DNA of 64,000 nt from Trichinella spiralis. Taxonomy: Eukaryota. The stretch is taken from assembly GCF_000181795.1 (NCBI RefSeq), contig NW_003526944.1, positions 3,578,706 through 3,642,705 on the forward strand. Direction: 5' to 3'. The notes beneath the pieces are model-generated. The model had not been told where the DNA came from. It saw nothing but the letters and a program-made list of their open reading frames with translations, and made no database searches. The position numbers were made by a program, and so were the translations under genes. Positions 42,401-55,175 of the stretch are shown here, in pieces; position 1 is the first letter of the stretch; each line of letters begins with the position of its first letter.

Positions 42401-45400
42401 TACAAAGCGGCAACGTATGGAAAAGATTTCATATACGCCATACGCAATCAATCAGAGGGCGATTATTTGGTGAAATTTCACTCTTATGGTTTGGCAGTTA
42501 TTGAACAAGTAATTCATCCATTCATTATATGATGAGTTGGGCACGATTTGTGCCTTCCAATTTGACATTTTACTCCTTTATCCGCTTGTTTTCAGCTACC
42601 TCTTTCCAAATATTTGTCATCTGCAACTTTACTTACTTATGATTGGATCGGTGAAAGAGTGCTGTTGGTTGGTCGAAGTAGACAACATGGACACATTCAA
42701 GGCGACAGTATTTATGTGATCAGTTTGGACAACGAAGCGGAGCCACGGTCACTTTTTACCACTCATCCCGGTTATGAAATACTGAGCATTGCCTACAATC
42801 CAATGGATAGGTATTTACTTTTTTTTGTATTTATTCGAAAACTCCAGTGATAACAATTAAAATCACTTTCTAATTTTATTTTTAGCCATGTATATTTTGT
42901 CGAATCATTTGGTGGAAAATATTCTTTGAAATCTTGGTTGTCTGGCAGTGATCAACTTGTCACATTCGAATGTGTACCTTCATCTCCAGTATTTTCGATG
43001 ACTTTTCTCAATCCAGCTTCTGTTGAGCCAACCTCATTTATGATCACAGGAAATGGAATAGCCGATTCTAAAAATTGCACCGTCATCATTGACGCCAGTC
43101 ATTTGCACGGTAAGCATTTTTCAAAAAAAAACGATATTTTCATGGAAAATAAAGCAAACTATGTTGTATAATAAATGTATTTAATGTTCTTTTCCGTCAA
43201 TCCAATATTTATTTCATATTTACTTGATGTGCGATATGTAATATGTATATATTTACAAGAAAAAGGTTTTTGCAATGACATTGATGGAATTTGGACTTTA
43301 AGGTGTTGAGATGAATGCAGTTGTATCAATCGGTCACGATGTGAATCATTTTTACCTCGTCGAAAGAGAAACTTTGCACATACTGAACCGTAAAAGGTTG
43401 GAAATTGTCGAATTGTCCTTTACTGGCGTCCGCCAAGTGCTCAGCACTTCCCCCCAGTATCAACCGTTTCCAGGTTTGGTGTCAATTTGAATATTTAATT
43501 TCATTAACTGACAACTATAGTTTGTATTTTTTTCAAAAAAAATTTTTTTCAGATATTGAATGTATGAAATTGCCATCCACAGTGAAGTCGTTTACAGTTA
43601 CGTCACTGAGCAATACGGGTGCATTGATTGCCTGTGTTCTGTCGGATAAGCCAAGTGATTGTGGTAACGTTACGGACTTGCCGATCAATTATGAATTGAA
43701 ATTGTCCCCTCAGACGAAGAAAAATTTCGAGGATATCAGGCAAAGTTTGATTAAGGTTAAAATGATTTTTTCTGACACCAACAACTAGAAGAAGCCGCTT
43801 CACATTCTTTTTTTCGACTATTTTTCTGTGTTGCATTTTAGGAATCAAGATCAGTAACATTTCACGTCGAAGGTTTGGTTCCAGGAATAGAATATATGGT
43901 CAAAGTGAAGTGGTGGAATCGATTTACAAAGCCGAAAATTTATAAACCCGGACCGTTGAGCTTTTACACGTCGTATTTGATTCCAGTACAAAATTTGGAC
44001 GCGTTCCCCATAGCCCCAGACAAAGTTCAGCTTCTTTGGATTCCATTCATAGATGCTGACAACAACCAACCAATTCCTGTAGATTATCGAATAGTGATGC
44101 AAAATGTAGTAAATAGTTGTTGGTTTTTTATTATTTTAAAAAGTTTTAAATTTAATTTAATTTTATACAGTATGAGAACAACACTGTTCAAGAAGTGGTG
44201 TCGTGTTCAACGAATCCCTGTCAATATTTGTTCAGAAATCTCGACCCATTGACATTGTACTTTGTTCAAGCTTATGGAATCGATTTGCCGAAACAGTCCA
44301 ATATGGTTTATGAGCAGCATAACGTGGCGGCATCGTCGGCGATCAATGTCACCACTTTTGATCTACCCGTGCGTTATGAAGAGAAGGATTTCACCAGTTC
44401 ACACACGTCCATCGCTTTTCAACTCATCGAAGACATTTCTCCATCACTGCAGCAAATTACTGTTGAATATCAGTTGGTATGAATAACAAGAAAAAAGAGC
44501 AGATTATTCATTTGCTGGATTTAATATTTCAAGTTTTTGTTAATCTTTGAATACATTTCAAATTTATGAAATTCGTGTTATTGTTTGTTGCCAGGCTGAT
44601 GAAAATGTGTGGCACGTGATAGAAGCAAGTTGGGTGGAAAAAGAAAAACGCGGCTACAGAATTGATAACTTGAAGCAAAATCAGGCATTCTTATTTCGCG
44701 CCCATGCCAAATACAGCACAAATCGAATATACATGGGAACGTTGCGTTCTTTTCCAGATACTTTTAATCAACAACTTCCACCACTTGCGACAAAAGGTAT
44801 TGCTTCACAGTATGGTATACGGTAGTAATTGTAAAAGTTCAATTGAATTTCAGGACAAGCCGTTCAGATGTCGTTGAAAGTCGAATTAGTTCAATTGGAC
44901 GGCAAAAAACATTTAAAGTGGAAAATTTTAAACAATGAAGACAATTTCAAAGTGCAAAATTTTATCATTTCTTATCGGTAAGATTTACATTTTATAAAAT
45001 GAAAAATAATAATCAAGCAAGTTTAAGAAAACATTGCAATTTCATCCCAATATTATTTATTTAGTGCAAACAGCAACGTCGATTGGGTAAAGTTTGCAGT
45101 GCTTCCTTCTACTACGTGGTCGACTTTGGTTCCGGAGCCTGTTTCAAATGTAGACCGTGACATGCAATTTCGAGTTGAAGCCGTCGTGGATGACAATGTT
45201 ATAATGTCCGGATATTGGCAACCGAATACTGAAAATTCATTATCACCTGCGGTCATTGCTGCTGTGGTTTTCATTTCAATTTTATTGACAGCTCTCATTT
45301 TCGTCATTGTGATTTGTACAAGTAAGGGAGAGTTTTGAAGCAAGGAGAAGTTTTATTTTTTGTGCAATGTATTTTATACAAAAGAAAATGAGGTTGTTTT

Positions 45401-47320
45401 TTTTTTCTTTAAAATTTTAGTTAGACGTAAAAAACTTTCACGTCACATGAGCCGCATGATGCCAGAAGAGAAGAAACCAACCTTTGTGCCTAATACACCG
45501 GAAGTGTTGGATCAACTGCCAGCGGAGGATTTGAACAGTCAGTTGAAAATTTTATTATTCGACAAAAATTGATCGCAATTTCACACCTTATTCCATTCAG
45601 GTCTGCCACACATTCCGCGCAGTTGTATTTCGATCGTACGAGAACTTGGACGAGGAGCTTTTGGTGAAGTGTACGAAGGATTGGCATATAATTTGCCGAA
45701 ATTCGGTCCCAAATCATTGCCAGTTGCAGTCAAGACACTTCGACCTGGCTCAACATATGCAGAAAAAGTGCGTTTTATCAAAGAGGCTATACTGATGAGG
45801 TGAGTCAACTTATTTGGTTATTATTATTATTATTATTATTATTATTCGCATAGACAATCGTACATTATGGGCTGTTTTTATATGTTTTAAATATTCTTCA
45901 ATGATTGATTTAGTCATTTTGATCATCCGAACATAGTAGCACTGCGAGGTGTTTGTTTTGAAACTGAACCGCATTGGATAATTTTGGAATTAATGGAAGC
46001 CGGTGATTTGCTCAAATATCTTCGTTCAGTTCGAGCAACCAATGTATGTTGGTGGTTGATTTATTTTTTTCTTTGTATTTATATGTTTTTTAATTTGGCT
46101 TTGTTTTCCAGTCCATGCCATCGCAGGTTAGTTTGAAAGATTTGCTTTGCATAGCGATCGATGTTGCCCGTGGATGCACCTACCTGGAAGAAATTCACCA
46201 CGTGCATCGGGATTTGGCCGCCAGAAATTGTCTGATCACCAGTCGGAATCCGGCCATGCGGGTTGTTAAAATTGGTACATTTTTTTTTCTTTTTCTATTT
46301 GAAGTTGATTTTCAGATTTGAAATAAAGCAGCAGATGAATAATTTTCAGGTGATTTTGGCATGACCAGAGATGTGTACGAAGAAGATTATTACCGGGTCG
46401 AAGGGCACGGTTTATTGCCTGTACGTTGGATGGCTCCTGAATCGATGATTGATGGTGTATTCACTACGAAAACTGATGTTTGGTCAGTGAATAATTATTT
46501 ATATTTGAACAAATATTTTGAACAAGTCAAATAGCAAAACGATGTTGTTCAGGTCGTTTGCGGTGTTGCTTTGGGAAGTAATGACACTTGGAAAGCAGCC
46601 GTATTCTGGTCGATCCAACTGGGATGTGTTGAATTACGTTCGAATTGGAGGACGTCTTGAAAAACCGCCCTCGTGTCCCATAGAAATGTAGACTGAAATG
46701 TGCTTACTGGTAGTATTGGATTTGATTTGGCCACTTTTTCAGGTTTGAAATAATGCTTGCATGTTGGGCATTTGAGGCGAAAGATCGCCCTGCATTTAGT
46801 GCACTTTTGTATCGTCTGATGTCACTGTTGGATTTGCCTGAATACAATTCTGATCAACCGTTTCCACAATTCAATGGTACAATCGATTGAATGAAGTGTT
46901 GGAAAATATGGGGAAAAAACTTTTTTTCTCAATATAATCCATACTTTCAGGCATTTCACCTATGCGACATTCGACTGATTTGACCAGTGGAAATTTGAAT
47001 TCCTCCTATTCGGACGACAAGGTTCAAGTTTGCGCAACACGTTCCAGTGCACGATTTTTCAGAGGAAAAAGTAATTGATTAATTTTAATTACATTATGTT
47101 GTTTTTTAATTTATATTTTGCTTTCATTTTTTCAATTTAATATCACAGACTGAGGATGGGTGATATGAAAGTATTATTTTTCTATTGCAGACAGTAGCTC
47201 TGTGGCTGAAAAGACAAAAAGTAGAGGTAGTTCGTTTCGTTCGTTGAGGAAAAAGAAAAAAGAACCTGCTCCACCTCTAGTAAAAAAATTTTTTTAATTT
47301 CAAATATTTAAATTTTTTTG

Positions 47321-47357
<37 letters not shown>

Positions 47358-47823
47358 CAACGACTTTTAGCCTTCAAAAGAAGAAGTAAATATGCCTCCA
47401 GATATGCGACTTTCAACAGGAAGACCTGCCAGTCAAGTATCTTCTTCAGGTACTGATAGTATGGTTCTTTTCGGCAGTGACGCTTATGAAATACCACTGA
47501 TTCGAAATTTGAGTAAATCTGCACGGTCAGAGTTGAAAAAATTCAACGCCAGTGAACCACAGTATCACCACAATTTCGCTTTGGATATTGGTGAAAGTTC
47601 ACCGTCAGAACAATCTTCATACGGGCCAGCAGTGATCAGCAGGCTACCTGAAGGCTCACTTCCGCCGGTACCTTCTGTAAAGGCGCCGAGACGAACGAAA
47701 AAGCTTAAAAAAGAAATTCCGGTTGAAGAAAATTCCAAAACTGCTGCTCAATTCGATGACACGTACGAAAATGTGCGTGATGATGATGATGATGTAGAAG
47801 CAGTTCCCAAGTTGCACTTGTGA
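36470..47823 (+). CDS. ROS1: Sevenless/ROS1/ROL-3-type receptor tyrosine kinase (signal peptide, Cys-rich N-terminus, FN3 and YWTD-like propeller repeats, TM, kinase), >30 exons
   Basis: Very long ectodomain with FN3 motifs ([45 protein letters not shown]) and propeller motifs ([14 protein letters not shown]); [24 protein letters not shown]; kinase [59 protein letters not shown]. Confidence 0.88.
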
Positions 47824-48384
47824 AATATTTTGCACCATTTTATTCTTGTTCCATTACCTATTATTTTTTTTTGCTATTTTCGAATTTACAATGAAATAAA
47901 TTAATAATTTACATTCAATTCTTGTCATACCTCTTTTGTATTTCTTTTATCAGAAATGTTTGAATTTGAAACAAAAAGATATTACGACATGTTTCAGTTG
48001 GACAGTATTTACTTGCAGTACTGACAAGCAGAATTTGAAAAATGAAAATGCGAACGAATCTCTGAACATTTCAACACAGGTATGTAGGTATGTATGTATG
48101 TAAAGTGCCACTTGTTCATTTCACAACTTTCCACAACGGCTGTAGCATAAAATATATTGTTGTGAAAAAGTTGTTGCTTTGAAATGAAAATTCATTTGAA
48201 TCAAACAATTTGAAATATGTAAAAATTTAATTTTTACATTTCAGAATACTTAATTATTCATTATTACTACAGTATCCCATCACAAAATCAAAAATTTGCA
48301 TCCAATCCGATGCGCTGCTGGGCTGTCTTAAAGACAGTTTTAATTTCTTCCGTTCTCTACAGCCGTTCTATAAATACATTAGAA

Positions 48385-49159
48385 ATGAGCAAATCACTTT
48401 TGTCTGTCGATTTCGAAGTGTTTGGAAAAGTGCAAGGTAGATTGTCCTATTCGATTATTATTATTATTATTATTGTTAACAGAAGAGGTGTGTACAATTC
48501 GATGGTTAAAATTTCTGGTGAAAATTTCAATTGTCGAAAAACTCTTTCTTACTGTCTTCACCACTGTATTACTTTTTCAAAAGTTAATCATTGTTTTTTT
48601 ATTTCATTGATTTCTTTGCATTCATATTTATTCGTTTTTATGGTGGGATATTTTTAAATAAATTGATGAAATTTGAGCAGAAATTTGCTTTTACAAACTT
48701 CAAAACTTGAAAATTTTCAAAGGAAAAATGCAAATAATTTCACAAAATTTACAATAAATAGACAATAGACCTTTCATGATTGTTCAAATTACTGTGTGTT
48801 ATTAGATTATTCTAAATTTTCATATTGTAGGTGTGTTTTTTCGAAAGTCCACTGTGGAGAAAGCAAAAGACTTGGGATTGGTTGGCTGGTGTCAGAATAC
48901 TAAAACAGGCACTGTCATTGGACAAGTGGAAGGTCCGAAAAATGAAGTTAATGAAATGTAAGTCAATATTTATTTCTACTTCTTCTTCTTCTTCTTCGTT
49001 TTCTTTTCCAAATGAAATTTATTCAATTAACCGAAATTAAGGAAAATTTGGCTTGAAAAGGTCGGCAGTCCAAGTTCTCGTATTGATAAAGCAGTGTTTA
49101 AAAATGAAAAAGAAATTTCCACTCTAAATTTCAACAGTTTTGATGTAAAACGTGGTTGA
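48385..49159 (+). CDS. ACYP: Acylphosphatase, 3 exons (an in-frame upstream ATG lies at 48310)
   Basis: [53 protein letters not shown]...|[13 protein letters not shown]. Catalytic R (VFFR) and N (QNT) are present. Confidence 0.93.
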
Positions 49160-49944
49160 AAGTAATTCGTGTTTCTTCTCATCAGTTTGCGTTTCTTTTA
49201 TTATTTAATGTATTATTTGCAAACTGATGCTGATATTTTCTGTACGCTGTATGGCGTAAGATTCAGTTTCGCGTTTTAGCGTACTTTCTCTTGCTTTATC
49301 TGAATCTACTATTCACAACTCGAATACTAATTATCATCGAGCAGATCATTTCTCTTTATTTCACATTTCACTTTCTCAGAGTTAAGAATCCAGTTGATTT
49401 TTGTTTTATAATAATTCAACAGATGTAAAGCTTCATTTCAAATTTCTTATTCGTATCAAGTTAAGTTCGTAGGTGTGTGTTTTTGTAAAGATTTGCGCAG
49501 TTTGTGTGTATTTATACAATTAACGGTGTTCAGTTTTGCATACATTGAACTGCTGCACATTTGTACAGTATACTTGCTGTAATTCAAGTATAATATCTGT
49601 CTATGGATCAATCAACTTGTAGTGAAATAAAGTTGGTTAACAGTGTTGTATTATTGGCGATTAATTTTTCAATTCAGTTCTATTGATGTTTTCTGAAACT
49701 TTTTTCATAATTTTTAAATTTTGGACAAATATGATATACAAGTTTCAATCTGCTTTTAATGATGAACCTGTATGTCATTTAACAAGCGATAAAAACAAAA
49801 TAAAATTGAAAAAAAAAGAAACAGTGATGATCAACAGGCTGAAATTACAGCGTGAGATCCTGAGCAAAAAATTTTTCCAATAAACAGTGTGGCGGCATGT
49901 GCTCTTTTTCTCACCATTTTTCTACTGATCAACAACAGGCGATT

Positions 49945-52900
49945 TCAAGCAATGCATAGGAACCGTCGCCAGCCGGTTCTCTGTTTTCCGCCTGGATTGT
50001 ACGAAAGATATTTCGCTTGCAATGTTTGCGAATCGACATTGCAAACTGTGGGCAGTTTTATTGTCGATCTTGAATGACCATTATTATTACTACTATTATT
50101 ATGATTATGAATGGCCGTTGAGCTGTTGTTCTTGCGTCGATCCAGACCGTCCAACAGAGCAGGAATGGCACTGGTGGAGGAGAGATGCCTTTTCACGTTC
50201 ACACTGGGATGCTGCAAAGCGTCGACACTGTTCGGGCGTGTCAATTTTTGCTTCAGTCTTCTGATTGACATGCGTGCTTTGACGTGATGAACAAAAATTT
50301 TCGGTTTCACCGGCGGTTCTGTGAGATTCAGTGCCGCTAAAATGGCCATGTCGAACACTTCCTTCAGATTCACCTGGGTCAACGCTGAACATTCCACATA
50401 TTGGATGGCGTTGATTTTCTTGGCCACATGCTGGGCATCGGCCACACTAACCGGTGCTTCACGGAAACGATTCAGATCCAATAAAACTTGAATATTTGTA
50501 CGTAGATCACACTGCGTGCCGACCAGTATTAGAGGTGCACGGGGACAATAGCGCCGGATCTCAGGCAACCAGCGTTGCTGAACGTTGCTAAACGAAGCTG
50601 GGCACACAACGCTGAAGCACAACAAAAACACGTGGCTATTCGGGTAGCATAAGTGGCGTAGGGTATCAAAATCTTCCTGCAATTACATCACATTTGAAGA
50701 ACTGTGAATGTGAATGGGTTAATACGTTGGCTTTGTTAAAACTAATTTTATATCAACAAAAATGGTTCAAGCTTATTGAAAAAATTAACAACGAAATAAA
50801 GAGTTCCGTTTGGGGTATTTTTATAATAAGTGGATTTTGCGTATTTTGTTGCTAGACGCGTCAGTTGTGCAGTTTTCGTCATTCATGCTCATCGTTTTTC
50901 ATCCACACATATCTAACTGATTTCATGCATTTCAAGTAGATTGAAATGATTAAGAAAAAAATTCTCTTTTTTTTTCTCAATTAGCAATGAAAATTGAGAA
51001 AGACAAGCAGATTATGTGTGAGCTGTAAAAATCATTGTATAAAACTGGTGAAAATATTCATTCCAATGAACAAATCCATTTTGGAAAAATTATTAATCAA
51101 TCAATTAGTTATTATTAAATTCGTGAGAATCGATTTCGCCAAAGGGACAGCTTATTTCAAAACTATTTGCTTGACAGAAAATATGAGATACATTGCATGA
51201 ATATGAGACGTGATGTATTAAGGCAAACATAGGATGAAGAATTTCTTGATGTGAATAAAAACTTGTTGGAGGAGGATCGAAAGGTCTAGTTAGTTATAGA
51301 AAACTGTTCTGTGAGAAAGCTTGTTTGTATTGATTCGATTTTTGACGGTGTTTGCTTTCGAATCTTTCTTCCAATCTTCTGGTGATTTGCGAGTTGGCAG
51401 CACAGCTGCTAGTGCTGCTGCTGCTGCTGCTGCTGTGGCTGTTGCTGCTCTCCAAAGTGATTCGAAAGAGACCTACTAGACCACTGTTGGCTCGCTTATT
51501 ATCCAGGCTCTTAAATTAGCATTTTCATTGCCCACCTTATCGATCGTTTCTACTGGACGCCTTACGGGCTATTCGAAGCTAATTGGAATCCGTATTCGGA
51601 CAATGAGCCGTTAACGACCCGACGACGGAAGGAAACATCTGCCTTATTTTCTGTTTGGAGAAAAGATGCGAATGTGTTGCTGATTGAAAAATTGACAAAA
51701 CTGAAAATTTTGTTTGCAACGACATCCATCGTCTTCATCATTTTTCAACAATCCAATTTGCATTATTCCCTCTAGTCGATAAAAGTCACTCTAACAACTG
51801 CGCAAAATGGAACACAAAGTATATAAGAAGATACATACGTATATAAGAATTGTCAAAAATGGAATGCAAATTGGAAAATATTTGATTATTAGAAAAACGC
51901 CATCCATGCGTTTGCAGAAATGTCATCAGTGATTCCTTTTTAAATATACATTTATATTTGCAAACTGTTTGCAAAAATAATAATGATATTTTGCAGGAAA
52001 TTAATTGCACATGTCTTACTTACAATGTGGAAATTGTAAACGGAAATGAGCGATTATTTTGTCATCGCTTTTTTAGAAACATTTTCAGTGTCACAATCAC
52101 CCTTTTGTGTGTGTTTTTGATGGTATTATTTGTGTTTATAAAGCAGTTCTTTGTTGTAAGAGGTGTTATTATATATGTAGCACGCGTGACGTAAGCTTTG
52201 TAAAATTGCTTACAACTAGGAATGGTGAAATGTTGTTCGCTTAAAGATAAGAGAAAAGAGGAGGGGGATTAATACGGGCTGCTGGACAGCATCGCTGACG
52301 AGCGCTTTTCAACTGTGCACACATCAACCGTTCGCTTTGTACACATTAAGCAGACAGTAAATTTCCGAACCAACGGCCCACTCGCATCTAGTGCAAATAG
52401 AAAATGACCTCCGGCGGCCGTGCACAGAGCAAGCAGCTGCTAGCTGAATGATAATACAACGACCCCATTTGCAGGTCAAGCTTGTCAAACGGGACGTCTT
52501 AATTATTAACCAATGACCGACCCAGGCGGGTCGTGGAACACCCAACGTTCAGATGCGCAACTTTTCCAGCGAACGATAACGGATGTTTCTCCTATTTCCT
52601 ATTTTACGATCTAACATATGCGCATAACAAATGAATAACAACAACAACAACAACAACTTTAAAACATTCTTGTGCAATAAATGTAATGCTTGGTTGGTTT
52701 GCTTTTACCGTGGGAAAACAATATTTGATCACAATATTAGATGACCAAGTTAATAAAATAAAATAAAATAAACCGATTCTTTCTTACCTGACCCGCAGTA
52801 TCGCACAGTTGTAATCGAATTGGCTGATCGTTAACCGTTACGTGTACTAAAAAATAAAAATAAAAAAATTGTAGTAAATCCATATATATATTTATATTTA

Positions 52901-54879
52901 TATCTACATAATGCATGTATGTATTAATGGGTTCGTGTGAGATGTTGACAGAAAGGGATAGATGGATGTTGGTTGCTGAAGTCTAGCCAAATATCATCTC
53001 ATTTAAAGCAATTGTAGCCTTTAAATTGTGAATCTAGTTTTTTTTCCATTCACAACACTTGACATACAATCCAATCGCGCAATCTTTGATCTTCCTGTGT
53101 CCATAAATGTAGTACACAGTAGTAAAATGAATTTCAAACAAGAAACAGTGAAGAATAGCGTAAACTGATTTGAGAAAAAAAATTAATTTCATTTCTTATA
53201 AATTCCACCCCCTCTCACCCCACTCAGTAGAAAGGTATGTGCGTTTTTTGTCAACATCTATACAATGTCAGGCATATTAGTTTGTCCACATCTTTCTACT
53301 GTCATAAGATTAGAACATTTTCTGATGCAAATAATAAATCGATGACCAGTTAATTTTGTAGGTAAATTTTAGTGATAACAGCTGTACTGGAAATTCCATT
53401 TTGTTTGAACTCCATTACACAATCGGTTTGCTATTTTAATGTCATTTTATCTGCCCTTATGCAAACACATTCCTTGATGTAATCTTCAACTGTGAGAAAA
53501 GCTTTTGGAGCGTTGTATGTCATTTTCGCGCGCAAATTAAACAATTGCCAATTGTTGAAAAGGTGCAAAAGTAACAATAAGCCGAGGTCGGCTGTGAAAA
53601 CAGTTTTATCAGTCAGTCATTCAATCTGTTGACAATATCTATTACAAAAGAGCGGGAGAAGTGGTTGAGAAGAATATTTGAAGACAGGCCGTTCACAAAA
53701 TGTTACAGCATTATTTTCCACTGTAGTAGAAATTTACATAGCTAGCAGTTAGAGTTTATGACGCGTAGGATGATGCTAGGCTGAAAGAGATGATTGAAAA
53801 AGAGAGAGAGAGAAATATTTATTATAAGTACAGTAGATGATGCGAGTATGATGGGTGATATTTCCGCTAAGCTCTCAGCCTTGGGCATACCCTTCCTGTT
53901 TTTAATGTCATTGTTTGTGTAAATTAGTCATCAGTGAAACTTTTTACATGCTTAATCACAAGTCATTCATTGACTGGCATCATCATCATCATCATCATTA
54001 ACTTGACTGCTAGATGATAAGTAAAATGGTGGTAGCCGAAAAAAAAACAAGAAAAAATAAAACCTCCTCACGGATTTTCTAAGCGACATATTTTCAACCA
54101 ATAATAAATAATATGCAATCTTGAGAATGAAATTTGCTTGGAATAAAATGTCTGGTTTGAAAAACCGGCAGATGTGTTTGTTTGAGATGAAATTGCGTCT
54201 CGCTGATTTTATCATTCAACCAATGCAAACAATGCTTGGCCGTGTGTTGGAGAGTTGTGGCAGCAGCCGTATTTCAAGAGACACGCCGCTTGCATCAGAC
54301 AGTTGTGCTTTGAAAAAATTGCGTCATCCTTTTTACCAGCAATACTTGGCAGCACAGTTTTCAAGTGGTTGACACCACCTGCTCGATGGACAGACTATTT
54401 ATAGTATTATTTAAATTTTCACATTTAAAAAAGAGAGCAAGAAAAATTATTAATAATAACTCTGAGGGGAATTTAATGTAAAGGGAAAAGAATCAGTACA
54501 TGCTAACTTGTTGTTGTTGACCAAATTTGGTAAACAACAACAGTATCACGTGTACTGGTTTTTTTGGAAGCTATTCAAACATGCTACACACAACAACAAC
54601 AACTACCACCACTGTTACACTGCTGGAAAGCAATTTGTGGAATTCTTTTTTTTAACTTTTACTTTCTTCGACAATTGATTGTTTCAAAGAAAAAATCCAC
54701 TTACCAGAGTAGTTGTCAAAAGCGGTTGGCACGTATTCTTGTGGATAACCGTTGGTTGTGTAGCTGACAATGAGGCTTGTTTTACCCACGGCACCGTCGC
54801 CCACGAGAACGCATTTGATTGGCGGTACCGATGGATCATCCGTATGAAATGACGAAGCCAGTGGTCCTTTGCCGTTCAT
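49945..54879 (-). CDS. RHOU: Atypical Rho GTPase RhoU/RhoV (Wrch-1/Chp; chw-1 type), 3 coding exons (54879-54705, 52846-52788, 50676-49945), 321 aa
   Basis: [84 protein letters not shown]-terminus WRRFLCIA. Exon phases are consistent. Confidence 0.92.
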
Positions 54880-54989
54880 TCTTGTCAATAATCACAATGG
54901 TGGCTTTTCAACGGGAGGAAAAGCCAAAAACAACAAGCTGTTTGGTGATGATGCTTATGGTTGGTTGTAATGGTCGTGGTGAGGAGAAG

Positions 54990-55175
54990 GTGAAGGTGGA
55001 TGTGGAGGAAAAAATTGGCAGAAACAGCAGCAAACAAGAAAGAAGTAAACAGCAAACAGCGGCAGCAGCAACAACAACAACAACCACGACGACGGCAGCG
55101 GCAACAAGCAGCAGCAGCGGGAACAGCAGTAGTTGCAGTAACAAGCAGTGGCGGCAGCAGTGTTGTTTTATCCAG
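54990..55175. repeat. (CAG/CAA)n low-complexity tract in the RhoU 5' region
   Basis: Visible trinucleotide runs that produce spurious poly-Q/A/V ORFs in several frames. Confidence 0.85.
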
